Shown here: positions 10,002 to 18,312 of the stretch, one piece after another
Position numbering within the stretch: the stretch's first letter is position 1
Layout of the letters: the number at the start of each line of letters is the position of its first letter
NCBI GenBank assembly: GCA_963840785.1
Contig: CAWJAF010000003.1
Span: forward strand, 23,682-87,681
Source: an uncultured Pseudomonadota bacterium
Lineage (GTDB): Bacteria > Pseudomonadota > Gammaproteobacteria > Burkholderiales > JALYOK01
Length of the DNA stretch: 64,000 bases
Reading direction: 5' to 3'
Made by a program: the position numbers and the translations under genes
Notes under the pieces: model-generated
Databases searched by the model: none
Seen by the model: the letters and a program-made list of their open reading frames with translations, nothing else
Told to the model about the DNA's origin: nothing

Positions 10002-11160
10002 GTGAGTCCATTGCAGAAATATCGCCGCCGAATCACCGTGGTACGACTTATTTTCGCGCGGCGCGCGCGATTGGTTGCGTCATAACGAAAAAGTCCGCGA
10101 CGCCGTTAAACAAAGCCTGCCGGATCTGGTCAGCGGCCCCGATGCGCTAACGAATACACAAGATCGTACCGTCGTTGTACCAGTGAAATTATTGGAGCAC
10201 GCGCGCTTTCGTCTCGCCGATGCAGACGAGCAAACCGGCGTCGGACAGGGCAAAGGCGAACCCGGCGATATCTTGCGCCCAGGCCAAGATCCAGGCGGTG
10301 GCGACGAAACCGGACAAGGCGGCAACGGCCAAGGCGAATTCCAATTAGCGATGGAATTTCAAATGGACGAAATCGTCGATTGGTTGTGGGAAGAATTAAA
10401 GTTACCGGATCTCAAGCCAAAACAAAGTCCGTCGCTTAACGAAGCAGACTGGGTGCGCGAAGGCTGGGATAAGCATGGCCCGCGCGCGCGCCTGGATCGG
10501 CGCCGTACGATGAAAGAAGCAATTAAGCGCCGCGCCGTGCAACCGGGTGCTGCGCCATTCACCAACGACGATTTGCGCTTTCGCCAAATCACGCAAAAGC
10601 CGAAACCGTCAAATCATGCCGTGGTTATTTTCGGCTTGGATGTTTCCGGCAGCATGGCGGAAACCCAGCGCAAACTCGCCAAGACATTTTTCTTTTTCGC
10701 CTTGCAAGGCGTGCGCCGCGAATATGCGCACGTCGAAACGGTATTCCTCGCCCACACCGACGATGCCTGGGAATTTTCCGAGCAGGAATTTTTTAAAGCC
10801 AGCGGAACAGGTGGCACCGTCGCTTCGTCGGTGTTTCGCTTGAGCCTGGATATTTTCAATGACCGCTTCGCTGCCAATCGCTATAACCGTTACTTGTTTT
10901 ACGCTTCCGACGGTGAAAATTTTCGCGAGGATCGCACGCCCGCGACCGCGTTGCTGACCGAGCTGGCGCAACAAATCAACTACATCGGCTATGCGCAAAC
11001 CGGCATGATCGGCCCCGGCGCGGCACAAACGGAACTCGCACAAATTGCGAGTGAACTGCAACGCGAAGGCTTGCCGATCAGTTACGCCTATCTATCGCGC
11101 CACGAAGATATTTGGAATGCGATTCGGACGTTTTTTCAAGAGCAGGCAGCCGCCGCGTGA
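10002..11160 (+). CDS. yeaH: YeaH/YhbH (DUF444) family protein; the 5' end needs a frame change or a non-canonical start
   Basis: Body ORF 10075..11160 (TTG start) carries RHNEKVRDAVKQSLPDLV, a Gly-rich acidic loop and a vWA-like VVIFGLDVSGSM. The conserved-looking WYDLFSRGARDWL lies in frame upstream of the TTG but has no ATG/GTG/TTG; an in-frame TGA sits at 10003-10005. A GTG at 10002 in the neighbouring frame reads MSPLQKYRRRIT. Confidence 0.8.
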
Positions 11161-12530
11161 CGACACTAAATTCGTATGCCGAGCAAATCGAAGCACTGGC
11201 GCAAAAGTTGGGCCTCGACTATTATGCCGTCGATTTCGAAATGGCGCCGCCGAGTTTCATGTTGGAAATTGCGTCGTACGGCCTGCCCGTGCGCATGCCG
11301 CACTGGTCGTTCGGCGTGCGCTACATCCATCAGATGATTCGCCAAACTATGGGCCACTCGCACATTTTCGAAGTGATGTTTCCAGGCGATCCGTGCCATG
11401 CGTATTTGGTCAACACCAACTCCATGGCGGAGAATGCGTTGGTCACCGCGCACGTGTTGGGTCACGCGGATTTCTCGAAAAATAATCAACTGTTCGCACG
11501 GCATCAAGAGATGGCGGGCGGCCATATTTTGGAACAAGCGGCGGCGCATGCGAATCGTATCGAACAAGCATTCGCCAAACATGGCATCGCAAAAGTAGAA
11601 GCTGTGATGGACGCCGCGCTGGCGCTCGAACCGCACGTCGACACGAATCACGATCTACATCGCGCGCGCTACGCCGCAAAAGCAATCAAGCCAGAAGCCG
11701 CACCACAAGCCGAGTTTCAGGCACGCTTTGCCACGTTGCCCGGTGGGAGCGGCGTTTCACGCGCCCTGCCCGCAGCACCACTCCCCATGGCTGTTCCACC
11801 GCATGCCGAATATGATTTGCTGTGGTTCATCGCCAACTATGCGCCCGAGTTGGACGAATGGGAACGCGATATTTTTCTCGCCGTGCGCGAAGAATCATTT
11901 TATTTTTATCCTGTGTTCGCGTGCCAAATTATGAACGAAGGATGGGCATCTTACTGGCACGCGCGACTGTTGCGGGAAGCGGATTTTCTGCCGCAAGAAT
12001 TGTATTTGAGCGCGATCAAAGCCCACTCCGATGTCGTGCGCCCGATCGCCGGCGAACAGCAAATCGCGCTCGCAGTGAATCCGTATCACTTAGGTTTCTC
12101 GATGTGGGAACACATCGTCGAGGAACAAGGCATCGACGCTGCGCGTCGCATTTGCCGCGAAGAAGACGACTTCGGATTTGTTCGCAATCATTTGAATGCC
12201 GATCTCGCCGACAAGCTAGGACTGTTCGTTTACCAAGCCAAACAAGACGGCGAAGTCAAAGTGCTGAACCGCGACATCAACGCCGTGCGCGAATCGATCA
12301 TAGGCAATAAATTCAACTACGGCTCGCCGCGCATCGCCGTTACGGAAATGAAAAATGACGGCAGCTTAGTATTGAAACACGATCACGGCGATGATGGTCG
12401 CGGCTTGGACATCGAGCGTGCGAATCAAGTGTTGAAATATGTCGCGCGCGTTTGGCGGCGGCCAGTTACGCTGCAAACGGTCGATGCCAAAGGTCAGCCA
12501 CGAGAACTAAGCGCAAATCGATCCCATTAA
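11157..12530 (+). CDS. spoVR: SpoVR/YcgB family protein
   Basis: GTG 11157 overlaps the yeaH stop (GTGA). LPVRMPHWSFG, AHVLGHADF and NEGWASYWHARLL are SpoVR hallmarks. Confidence 0.9.
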   Translation: MTTLNSYAEQIEALAQKLGLDYYAVDFEMAPPSFMLEIASYGLPVRMPHWSFGVRYIHQMIRQTMGHSHIFEVMFPGDPCHAYLVNTNSMAENALVTAHVLGHADFSKNNQLFARHQEMAGGHILEQAAAHANRIEQAFAKHGIAKVEAVMDAALALEPHVDTNHDLHRARYAAKAIKPEAAPQAEFQARFATLPGGSGVSRALPAAPLPMAVPPHAEYDLLWFIANYAPELDEWERDIFLAVREESFYFYPVFACQIMNEGWASYWHARLLREADFLPQELYLSAIKAHSDVVRPIAGEQQIALAVNPYHLGFSMWEHIVEEQGIDAARRICREEDDFGFVRNHLNADLADKLGLFVYQAKQDGEVKVLNRDINAVRESIIGNKFNYGSPRIAVTEMKNDGSLVLKHDHGDDGRGLDIERANQVLKYVARVWRRPVTLQTVDAKGQPRELSANRSH

Positions 12531-12787
12531 GTTCTGTAGCAATTGCCGACTATTTTAGTAAAGCGGAGGGAATCGCATGCGGATTTACATAAATCGCGAC
12601 CTTCGAACCTAGCGGGTTGAGCACGTTATCATAAAAATGAACTTCAAATTGCTGCACAATTAAATGACGTGCCCGTCCACTCAATCGGGCCTAGCTCATT
12701 GAGTGGGCCAGCCTACCGCCCCCCCAGTCTGTCACGCGCGTAAGCATTCCATTTGAAATGTAACTACAAACGTAGTATACCTTCTGT

Positions 12788-13066
12788 ATGGAATTTGAGT
12801 GGGACGCCAAATAAGCCGCTTCGAATCTTCGTAAACACTATGTGAGTTTTGAAGACGCCGCTCGAGTATTCCTTGATCCGAACCGTATCGAAACTTTCGA
12901 CGGTCGAGATGCCTACGGCGCAGATCGCTGGAAAACCGTAGGTCTGGTCGAGCCCGCTTTGTTGGCCGTTGTTTACACCATTCGCGGCAATGACGGCGAG
13001 ATTATTCGATTGATATCAGCCAGAAAGGTAGATGCCCATGAGCGCGCGCAATACCGTGAAGTTTAA
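12788..13066 (+). pseudogene. brnT: BrnT-type (DUF497) ribonuclease toxin with an in-frame TAA at codon 9
   Basis: ATG 12788 reads MEFEWDAK-TAA(12812-12814)-AASNLRKHYVSFEDAARVFLDPNRIETFD... in a single frame. The ORF track only picks up the GTG restart at 12842. Confidence 0.7.
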
Positions 13067-13355
13067 ACTAGACCCCAAGAAACCGGTTCCGTTGAGCACT
13101 GCGCAACAAAAGCGTCTGGCTGTCGTGGCAGCCATGCCGGATACCGACATTAGCTACAGCGATATTCCGCGGCAACAAGGTGCGATCCAATGGAAAAGGC
13201 CGGGCGCCTTGGTGTCCTCTGAAAATAAGCAACAGGTCACGCTACGACTGGATGCGGATGTATTGAGTTTCTTTAAAGAAACCGGCAAGCGTTATCAAAG
13301 TCGGATTAACGCGGCGTTACGTGAGTACGTCAAAGCGCACCGTAAATCGGCGTAG
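13038..13355 (+). CDS. brnA: BrnA-type antitoxin (C-terminal RHH/CopG-like)
   Basis: Overlaps the toxin 3' end. QVTLRLDADVLSFFKETGKRYQSRINAALREYV is the BrnA signature as I recall it. ATG 13038 sits 9 nt after AAAGG. Confidence 0.75.
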   Translation: MSARNTVKFKLDPKKPVPLSTAQQKRLAVVAAMPDTDISYSDIPRQQGAIQWKRPGALVSSENKQQVTLRLDADVLSFFKETGKRYQSRINAALREYVKAHRKSA

Positions 13356-13777
13356 ATACGAGATAGCCTTCCCCCATTGCCCGAGCTGAACTCGACCTCC
13401 CGCGCCCGGCGGAGCGTCAACTATTGGGCGCCTAGATCAGTTCCAGCGGCGGCTTTGTAGCAACTTTCCAAATCGAGCTGTATGTCTGCAAAGCTGCCGA
13501 CTGGCGACGTCCTTTTGCACCGCATCAGACGGAAATTGGCTGTCGTTGCCTGATAACAGGAAATTTTGCATAGCTTTTGAATAGCTGCTTTGAAGATTAA
13601 TGTCCGATCCGATTTCTACAATTTATTGCGTTTCGCTTTGATGCTTGAATTCAAGGGAGATGCGGGTTGAATCCAAACCATTTCTCCGATGGCCTAATAT
13701 CTAACCCTCCAGATGCTTGAAAGTGCCCGTCCTGCTTGCCGCTTAAGGCATGTCCATTGTTCGCCTAACACATCAGC

Positions 13778-13807
13778 TTGCCAGGTGATACTTAGTTGCG
13801 CTAGAGT
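13778..13807 (+). promoter_or_regulatory. Candidate sigma70-type promoter for the monooxygenase operon
   Basis: TTGCCA (13778-13783), an 18-nt spacer, then TAGAGT (13802-13807), about 100 nt upstream of the pmoC-like ATG. Read by eye only. Confidence 0.25.
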
Positions 13808-13834
13808 GCCAGTATTGCTTTGTAATTCAATTTG

Positions 13835-13855
13835 TTGTGTTGCGTCGCAACACAA
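13835..13855. promoter_or_regulatory. Perfect 10-bp-arm palindrome in the pmoC-like leader (operator or 5'-UTR hairpin)
   Basis: TTGTGTTGCG-T-CGCAACACAA, 55 nt upstream of ATG 13910. Confidence 0.4.
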
Positions 13856-13909
13856 ACGCAAGTTACCAAAGCAAACGACGCAATAATTAATCTTCCTGAG
13901 GAGAAGTTC

Positions 13910-14707
13910 ATGTCGATTGCAGCAACAAGTCTAATAGGCGGATCGGCCCAAGCTGGCGCGGAACGTCAAGCGGGGCACTACGTAAAATTCAATCTATTTC
14001 TATTGACGATCGCGCTATTGACGATCATGTTCGTCTGTTATCGCCTTTATCAGCAAGCTTACGGCTGGTCGGCAGGGCTGGATGTGACGCAACCGGAATT
14101 CGAAAAATATTGGATGACCTTAGTGAAGATACAGTTGCCGGTGCTATTCGGACTGTCTGCTCTATGCTGGGGTTACCTCTGGGTGACACGCGAACGCAAT
14201 ATGGCGGCACTGGATAAACGCGTTGAGCTGCAGCGCTACTTCACCTTTACCATGTGGTTGGTCGCCTACACGTTCGCGGTCTATTGGACGACGAGTTTTT
14301 TTGGCGAAGGCGATGGCGTATGGCACCAAACCGTTATTCGCGATACCAGCTTCACTCCGAGCCATGTCGTGCTGTTCTATGCCTGCATACCCACCTACAT
14401 TTTCTTCGGCGTCGGTAGCTTTATTTACGCTATGACACGTTTGCCGGCCTTCTCCAGAGGCATTTCTGTCGCTCATGTCCTTGGAGTGCTTGGGCCTTTC
14501 CTAATTTTGCCTAACCTTGGATTCAACGAATGGGGGCATGCCTATTGGCTCACAGAGGAAATTTTCTCCCATCCGCTGCACTGGGGATTCGTAGTGCTAG
14601 GCTGGAACGCCCTCGCCCTGCCGGGCGTCGCGATACAGATTTTGCAACGCTTAATCGTACTGTTCCGCGATTTGTTCGGCGTAACGATTGCGAAAGCCTC
14701 GCAGTAG
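13910..14707 (+). CDS. pmoC: Copper membrane monooxygenase subunit C (PmoC/AmoC family)
   Basis: GEGDGVWHQTVIRDTSFTPSH (Asp/His/His metal-site stretch) and EEIFSHPLHWGFV are family hallmarks. SD GAGGAG lies 6 nt before ATG 13910; the ORF-track TTG at 13832 is probably too far upstream. Confidence 0.9.
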   Translation: MSIAATSLIGGSAQAGAERQAGHYVKFNLFLLTIALLTIMFVCYRLYQQAYGWSAGLDVTQPEFEKYWMTLVKIQLPVLFGLSALCWGYLWVTRERNMAALDKRVELQRYFTFTMWLVAYTFAVYWTTSFFGEGDGVWHQTVIRDTSFTPSHVVLFYACIPTYIFFGVGSFIYAMTRLPAFSRGISVAHVLGVLGPFLILPNLGFNEWGHAYWLTEEIFSHPLHWGFVVLGWNALALPGVAIQILQRLIVLFRDLFGVTIAKASQ

Positions 14708-14788
14708 ACTAAATACGCGCCGCATTGACGGCGCGAAAATTACAAATGCGTGGGCGCAATGCCCGCGCAAAAAAACTAGGAGGAGAAA

Positions 14789-15601
14789 ATGTTAGCGATC
14801 AATCGACAAGTGCTTGATGCATCCGGCTTGCCACCCGAGGCTGCGCGCCTTTCCCGTATCTGGGAATGCTTCGTTGTAGCTGGGGTAATCCTTCTGTTCA
14901 TGGGCGCTATTCATTTGCATGTGTTGCTCACAGTCGGCGACTGGGATATGTTTATCGATTGGAAGGATCGCCAGTATTGGGTGTTGGTCACGCCGGTCTC
15001 GATGATCATGATTCCCGTCGCGCTGCAAGCGGTGTTCTGGCATTACTTTCGCTTGCCGATCGGCGCAACCGTCGGCGCCGTCGTGTTGTTTCTTGCGACC
15101 TGGATAACGCGGTACGTTGGGTGGCACCTATGGGGCCATTTCCCGTTTAGCATGAACATCCCAGCGACAATGCTGGCCGGGGCGTTGGCCTTGGACGCGA
15201 TCCTGTTGATTGTGCGTAATCCGTTACTCGTGGCAACTTTCGGCGGTTTTGCCTTCGCCATGCTGTTCTACCCGAGTAACTATGCATCGCTAGCACCTTA
15301 TTACGTGCCGATCGAGCATCAGGGCATGATCGCCTCCGCTGCCGATATGATCGGCTATGTGTTTCCGCGCGCCGGTACGCCCGAGTACATCCGCATTATC
15401 GAGCGCGGCACGCTGCGAACATTTGAAGGTACCTCGGTTTGGGTATCGACCGCATTCGCCGGATTCATTTGTATTTTCATGCATATGATTTGGTGGCGTA
15501 TCGGGATCGCATTCTCGACGCAAAAATTTGTGCCTACCTCCAAGGGAATAAAGGCCATGATGGGTTTACACGACGACAAGCCCGTCCCACAAGCTAGCTA
15601 G
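14789..15601 (+). CDS. pmoA: Copper membrane monooxygenase subunit A (PmoA/AmoA family)
   Basis: GDWDMFIDWKDRQYWVLVTP and RAGTPEYIRIIERGTLRTF are hallmarks. Multi-TM protein. SD AGGAGGAG. Confidence 0.9.
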   Translation: MLAINRQVLDASGLPPEAARLSRIWECFVVAGVILLFMGAIHLHVLLTVGDWDMFIDWKDRQYWVLVTPVSMIMIPVALQAVFWHYFRLPIGATVGAVVLFLATWITRYVGWHLWGHFPFSMNIPATMLAGALALDAILLIVRNPLLVATFGGFAFAMLFYPSNYASLAPYYVPIEHQGMIASAADMIGYVFPRAGTPEYIRIIERGTLRTFEGTSVWVSTAFAGFICIFMHMIWWRIGIAFSTQKFVPTSKGIKAMMGLHDDKPVPQAS

Positions 15602-15611
15602 AGAAAACGCC

Positions 15612-16874
15612 ATGATAAAGAAATTATTCTGTGCGGTGCTAGCACTGCTAACGCTTGCGTTCGTCCCCGAGCAACCTGCCGAAGCGCACGGTGAGCGTGC
15701 GCAGGAACCCTACCTGCGTACCCGCACCGCCCATTGGTATGACGTAAAATGGACGGCTCAATCCGTCGGCGTTAACCAAGACCTAATCGTCTCCGGCAAA
15801 TTCCGATTGTTCAGCGATTGGCCCGACGCGGTTGACCTACCCGCAACCGTTTTCGTTAGCAATGCGACGCCAGGGCCGGTTTTCGCGCGCGTCGAATCGT
15901 CTCTCAACGGCGTGCCGGCAAGGCAATCGTTTCGCGATCTGGAGATTGGCCGCGACTACGAATACAAAATGGTTTTGCGCGGGCGGGTGCCTGGGCGCTA
16001 TCACGTTCACCCGATGATCGCAGTGAAAGGTTCCGGCCCGCTCGTCGGTCCCGGTGCGTGGGTTGATATTACCGGAAACGAAAAAGACTTTAAGTTTCCG
16101 ATGCAAGCGATTTCCGGCGAAGTTATCGAAGACTTGCAAACCTGGGGCGTAAGAAACGCGGTGACTTGGCAAGTGATGTGGTTTGTAATCGCGGCAGCGT
16201 GGCTGATTTGGTGGTTGCGAAGGCCGTTGTTGATTCCGCGTTATTTAGTTTTGCAAAAAGGCCGCGAAGATTTGTTGATCACAAAACTCGATCTTAAAGT
16301 CGCGGTGGTGCTGTTATTAGGCGTGGTCATCCTCGCCTTTGGAAGTTATAACTGGGCAAGCAATCAGTGGCCGAAAACCGTGCCGCTACAAGCGGGCACG
16401 ATGAAGACACCGCCATTACCGTTTGAACGCTCGCCCGTGAATGTCGTCGTTAAGGAAGCCCTCTACGACGTGCCCGGTCGATCAATGCGTGTGGCCATGA
16501 GCGTCAACAATATCAGCGACAAGCCTCTACGAATCGGGGAATTTGCGACCGCGAGTTTGCGCTTCGTCAACGGCAATCTGGACGTCGCGAAGGCCAATGT
16601 CGACCCGAATTTTCCGCGCGAGTTAGTGGCTCGCAAAGGTTTAATATTAAGTGACGATAGCGTCATCGAACCCGGCCAAACCAAGGAAATCAAGTTCGAG
16701 GCAACCGATGCCGCTTGGGAAATCGAGCGATTGACCAGCTTTCTGACCGACGTCGACAGCAAGTTCGGCGGATTGTTGTTTTTATTCGACAACATGGGCA
16801 AACGCTATATCGCGGAAATTGGAGCGCCCATTTTGCCCGTGTTTCGCGACGTAAAGCTCGCGGCAAATAATTGA
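15612..16874 (+). CDS. pmoB: Copper membrane monooxygenase subunit B (PmoB/AmoB family)
   Basis: Signal peptide ending AEA, then HGERAQEPYLRTRTAHWYDVKW. GRYHVHPMIAV gives the HxH motif. Two internal TM helices and a C-terminal cupredoxin-like region. Confidence 0.9.
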   Translation: MIKKLFCAVLALLTLAFVPEQPAEAHGERAQEPYLRTRTAHWYDVKWTAQSVGVNQDLIVSGKFRLFSDWPDAVDLPATVFVSNATPGPVFARVESSLNGVPARQSFRDLEIGRDYEYKMVLRGRVPGRYHVHPMIAVKGSGPLVGPGAWVDITGNEKDFKFPMQAISGEVIEDLQTWGVRNAVTWQVMWFVIAAAWLIWWLRRPLLIPRYLVLQKGREDLLITKLDLKVAVVLLLGVVILAFGSYNWASNQWPKTVPLQAGTMKTPPLPFERSPVNVVVKEALYDVPGRSMRVAMSVNNISDKPLRIGEFATASLRFVNGNLDVAKANVDPNFPRELVARKGLILSDDSVIEPGQTKEIKFEATDAAWEIERLTSFLTDVDSKFGGLLFLFDNMGKRYIAEIGAPILPVFRDVKLAANN

Positions 16875-17458
16875 TGTTGGTTCGTCGAGGCGAGTGCCGC
16901 TGGCTGCTTTGTGCACTCGCCTTTCTGGCAACATTTGGCATAACGAGCGCTAACGCCCACGGCGGCCTAGCAATGGACGCCGACTTCTGCAAATTGCGTG
17001 TCGGCCGCTACCTCATGCATTTTGTTGGTTATCAACCGGATAGCTCGAACGCGACCAAAGAGTTCTGCGAAGACATTCCGGAAACCGGCGCGACGATCAT
17101 CGTGCTCGATTATATTGATGACGCCTTGCGCGATCTCCCGACGGAAGTTCGGGTGATTCGGGATACGGGTGACGAATCGAATCTCGAGGCCGTAAGCGTG
17201 TTTCATTTGCCCGCGAAGGTCTATCCCAGCGGTTCGCTTTCTCTCGAACATAATTTCAAGGAAGGTGGCCGCTACGTCGGCTTGGTCACCGTCCATGGGC
17301 CGGAGAAATACGTGTCGCGGTTCCCTTTTTCCGTGGGCAAGCCTAGCTTTAAGTGGCTGCAAATTGTCGGCGCCATTGTGGTGATAGCAGCCGGAGCGGC
17401 GCTGTATTGGTTTGCGCAGCGACAGCGTGCCCGTCAAACGGGACGTGGAGCCGCGTAG
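16874..17458 (+). CDS. Anchored periplasmic protein with PmoD/AmoD-like architecture (signal peptide, ~140-aa domain, C-terminal TM)
   Basis: ATG 16874 overlaps the pmoB TGA (TGATG). Signal peptide ends SANA/HGG. FCKLRVGRYLMHF is a Cys...Met-His cluster. C-terminal helix WLQIVGAIVVIAAGAALYWF followed by an RQRARQ patch. Homology to PmoD is not verified. Confidence 0.5.
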   Translation: MLVRRGECRWLLCALAFLATFGITSANAHGGLAMDADFCKLRVGRYLMHFVGYQPDSSNATKEFCEDIPETGATIIVLDYIDDALRDLPTEVRVIRDTGDESNLEAVSVFHLPAKVYPSGSLSLEHNFKEGGRYVGLVTVHGPEKYVSRFPFSVGKPSFKWLQIVGAIVVIAAGAALYWFAQRQRARQTGRGAA

Positions 17459-18304
17459 ATTCCAAGCGCGATTCGATGTTTCGCACTGACGTTTCTTGCG
17501 TGCGTTATATCGGCCTGCAGTGATAGCGATCAAATAAATCACACCATTCAGCCTGCCAACTTCACATACACTGGCGATGAGCGGGATGGTCACTGCGATC
17601 CCAAGCTCAAGCCAGGGCGCGGCGGTCTAACAAACGGCGAACGTAGTGCGAAAGGCGTTCGCTATAACGTCCGCGCGCCGCTAAATTACGATCCGACCCA
17701 TCGCCACGGACTGATCATGGTTTACGCCCCCGCCGCAACAAGCGCCGTACAAACCGAACGGCTGATGCATTTCACGCAACAGGCAACAGGTGCCGGATTC
17801 ATTGTCGCCTACGCGGATCATGTAACGCTCGGGTTGCCCGCTGCGCGAGAACTCGCAACGATTCCACAGCGCATAAGCGAAAAATGGTGCGTCGACGCGA
17901 AACGGATTTTTCTGACCGGGCATTCCGATGGCGGAACCATATCGCATATCGCGTCATTGCTACCCGAGAATCGCGATACCGTTCAAGGCATTGCGCCAAG
18001 CGCCGCCGGTGTTGTCGCCGCCGATCTGCAAACCTACGGATGCCGTAAGCCCTCGCCGGTGTTGATTATGCATAGCAAAAACGATTCGTTGTTTGCAGGT
18101 TTCGGCACCCAAACTGCGCAATGGTGGGCGCACTGTAATCGCTGCGACATCACCCGGAAGGAACCTTTAGCAAATGGCTGTATTGCGTATCAGGGATGCG
18201 CCACCGGAGCGCCAACATGGTATTGTGAAGGCGACGCTGGTCATCGCACTTGGCCGGACAGAAATGGGACGCTAATCGATTTTTTCGGCAAACAAATGAA
18301 CTGA
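17459..18304 (+). CDS. Lipoprotein alpha/beta-hydrolase esterase (PHB-depolymerase/LpqC-like), probably ATT-initiated
   Basis: ORF track starts at 17717, but the frame is open from 17459 and reads (I/M)PSAIRCFALTFLACVISAC/SDSD, a lipoprotein signal with lipobox ISAC. GGAG lies 8 nt before ATT 17459. Nucleophile elbow GHSDGG and C-terminal GDAGHRTWP. Confidence 0.65.
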   Translation: MPSAIRCFALTFLACVISACSDSDQINHTIQPANFTYTGDERDGHCDPKLKPGRGGLTNGERSAKGVRYNVRAPLNYDPTHRHGLIMVYAPAATSAVQTERLMHFTQQATGAGFIVAYADHVTLGLPAARELATIPQRISEKWCVDAKRIFLTGHSDGGTISHIASLLPENRDTVQGIAPSAAGVVAADLQTYGCRKPSPVLIMHSKNDSLFAGFGTQTAQWWAHCNRCDITRKEPLANGCIAYQGCATGAPTWYCEGDAGHRTWPDRNGTLIDFFGKQMN

Positions 18305-18312
18305 CCATATCT

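Noticed and set aside
10030-10045. Programmed +1 frameshifting or stop-codon recoding as the explanation for the frame breaks and TAA codons
   Set aside because: I saw no slippery heptamers, no RF2-like SD-plus-stop context and no downstream structure at any of the sites. The lesions fall at unrelated sequences in unrelated genes.
11045-12310. Overlapping alternative-frame ORFs inside spoVR (146, 66, 68 and 162 aa plus; 161, 80 and 64 aa minus)
   Set aside because: Arg/Cys-rich nonsense products typical of off-frame reading. The SpoVR frame carries all the conserved motifs.
13700-13830. Sigma-54 (-24 GG / -12 GC) promoter upstream of the pmoC-like gene
   Set aside because: GTGCCAGTATTGCTT superficially resembles TGGCAC-N5-TTGC but lacks the GG dinucleotide at the right spacing. 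A sigma70-like TTGCCA/TAGAGT pair fits better, and even that has low confidence.
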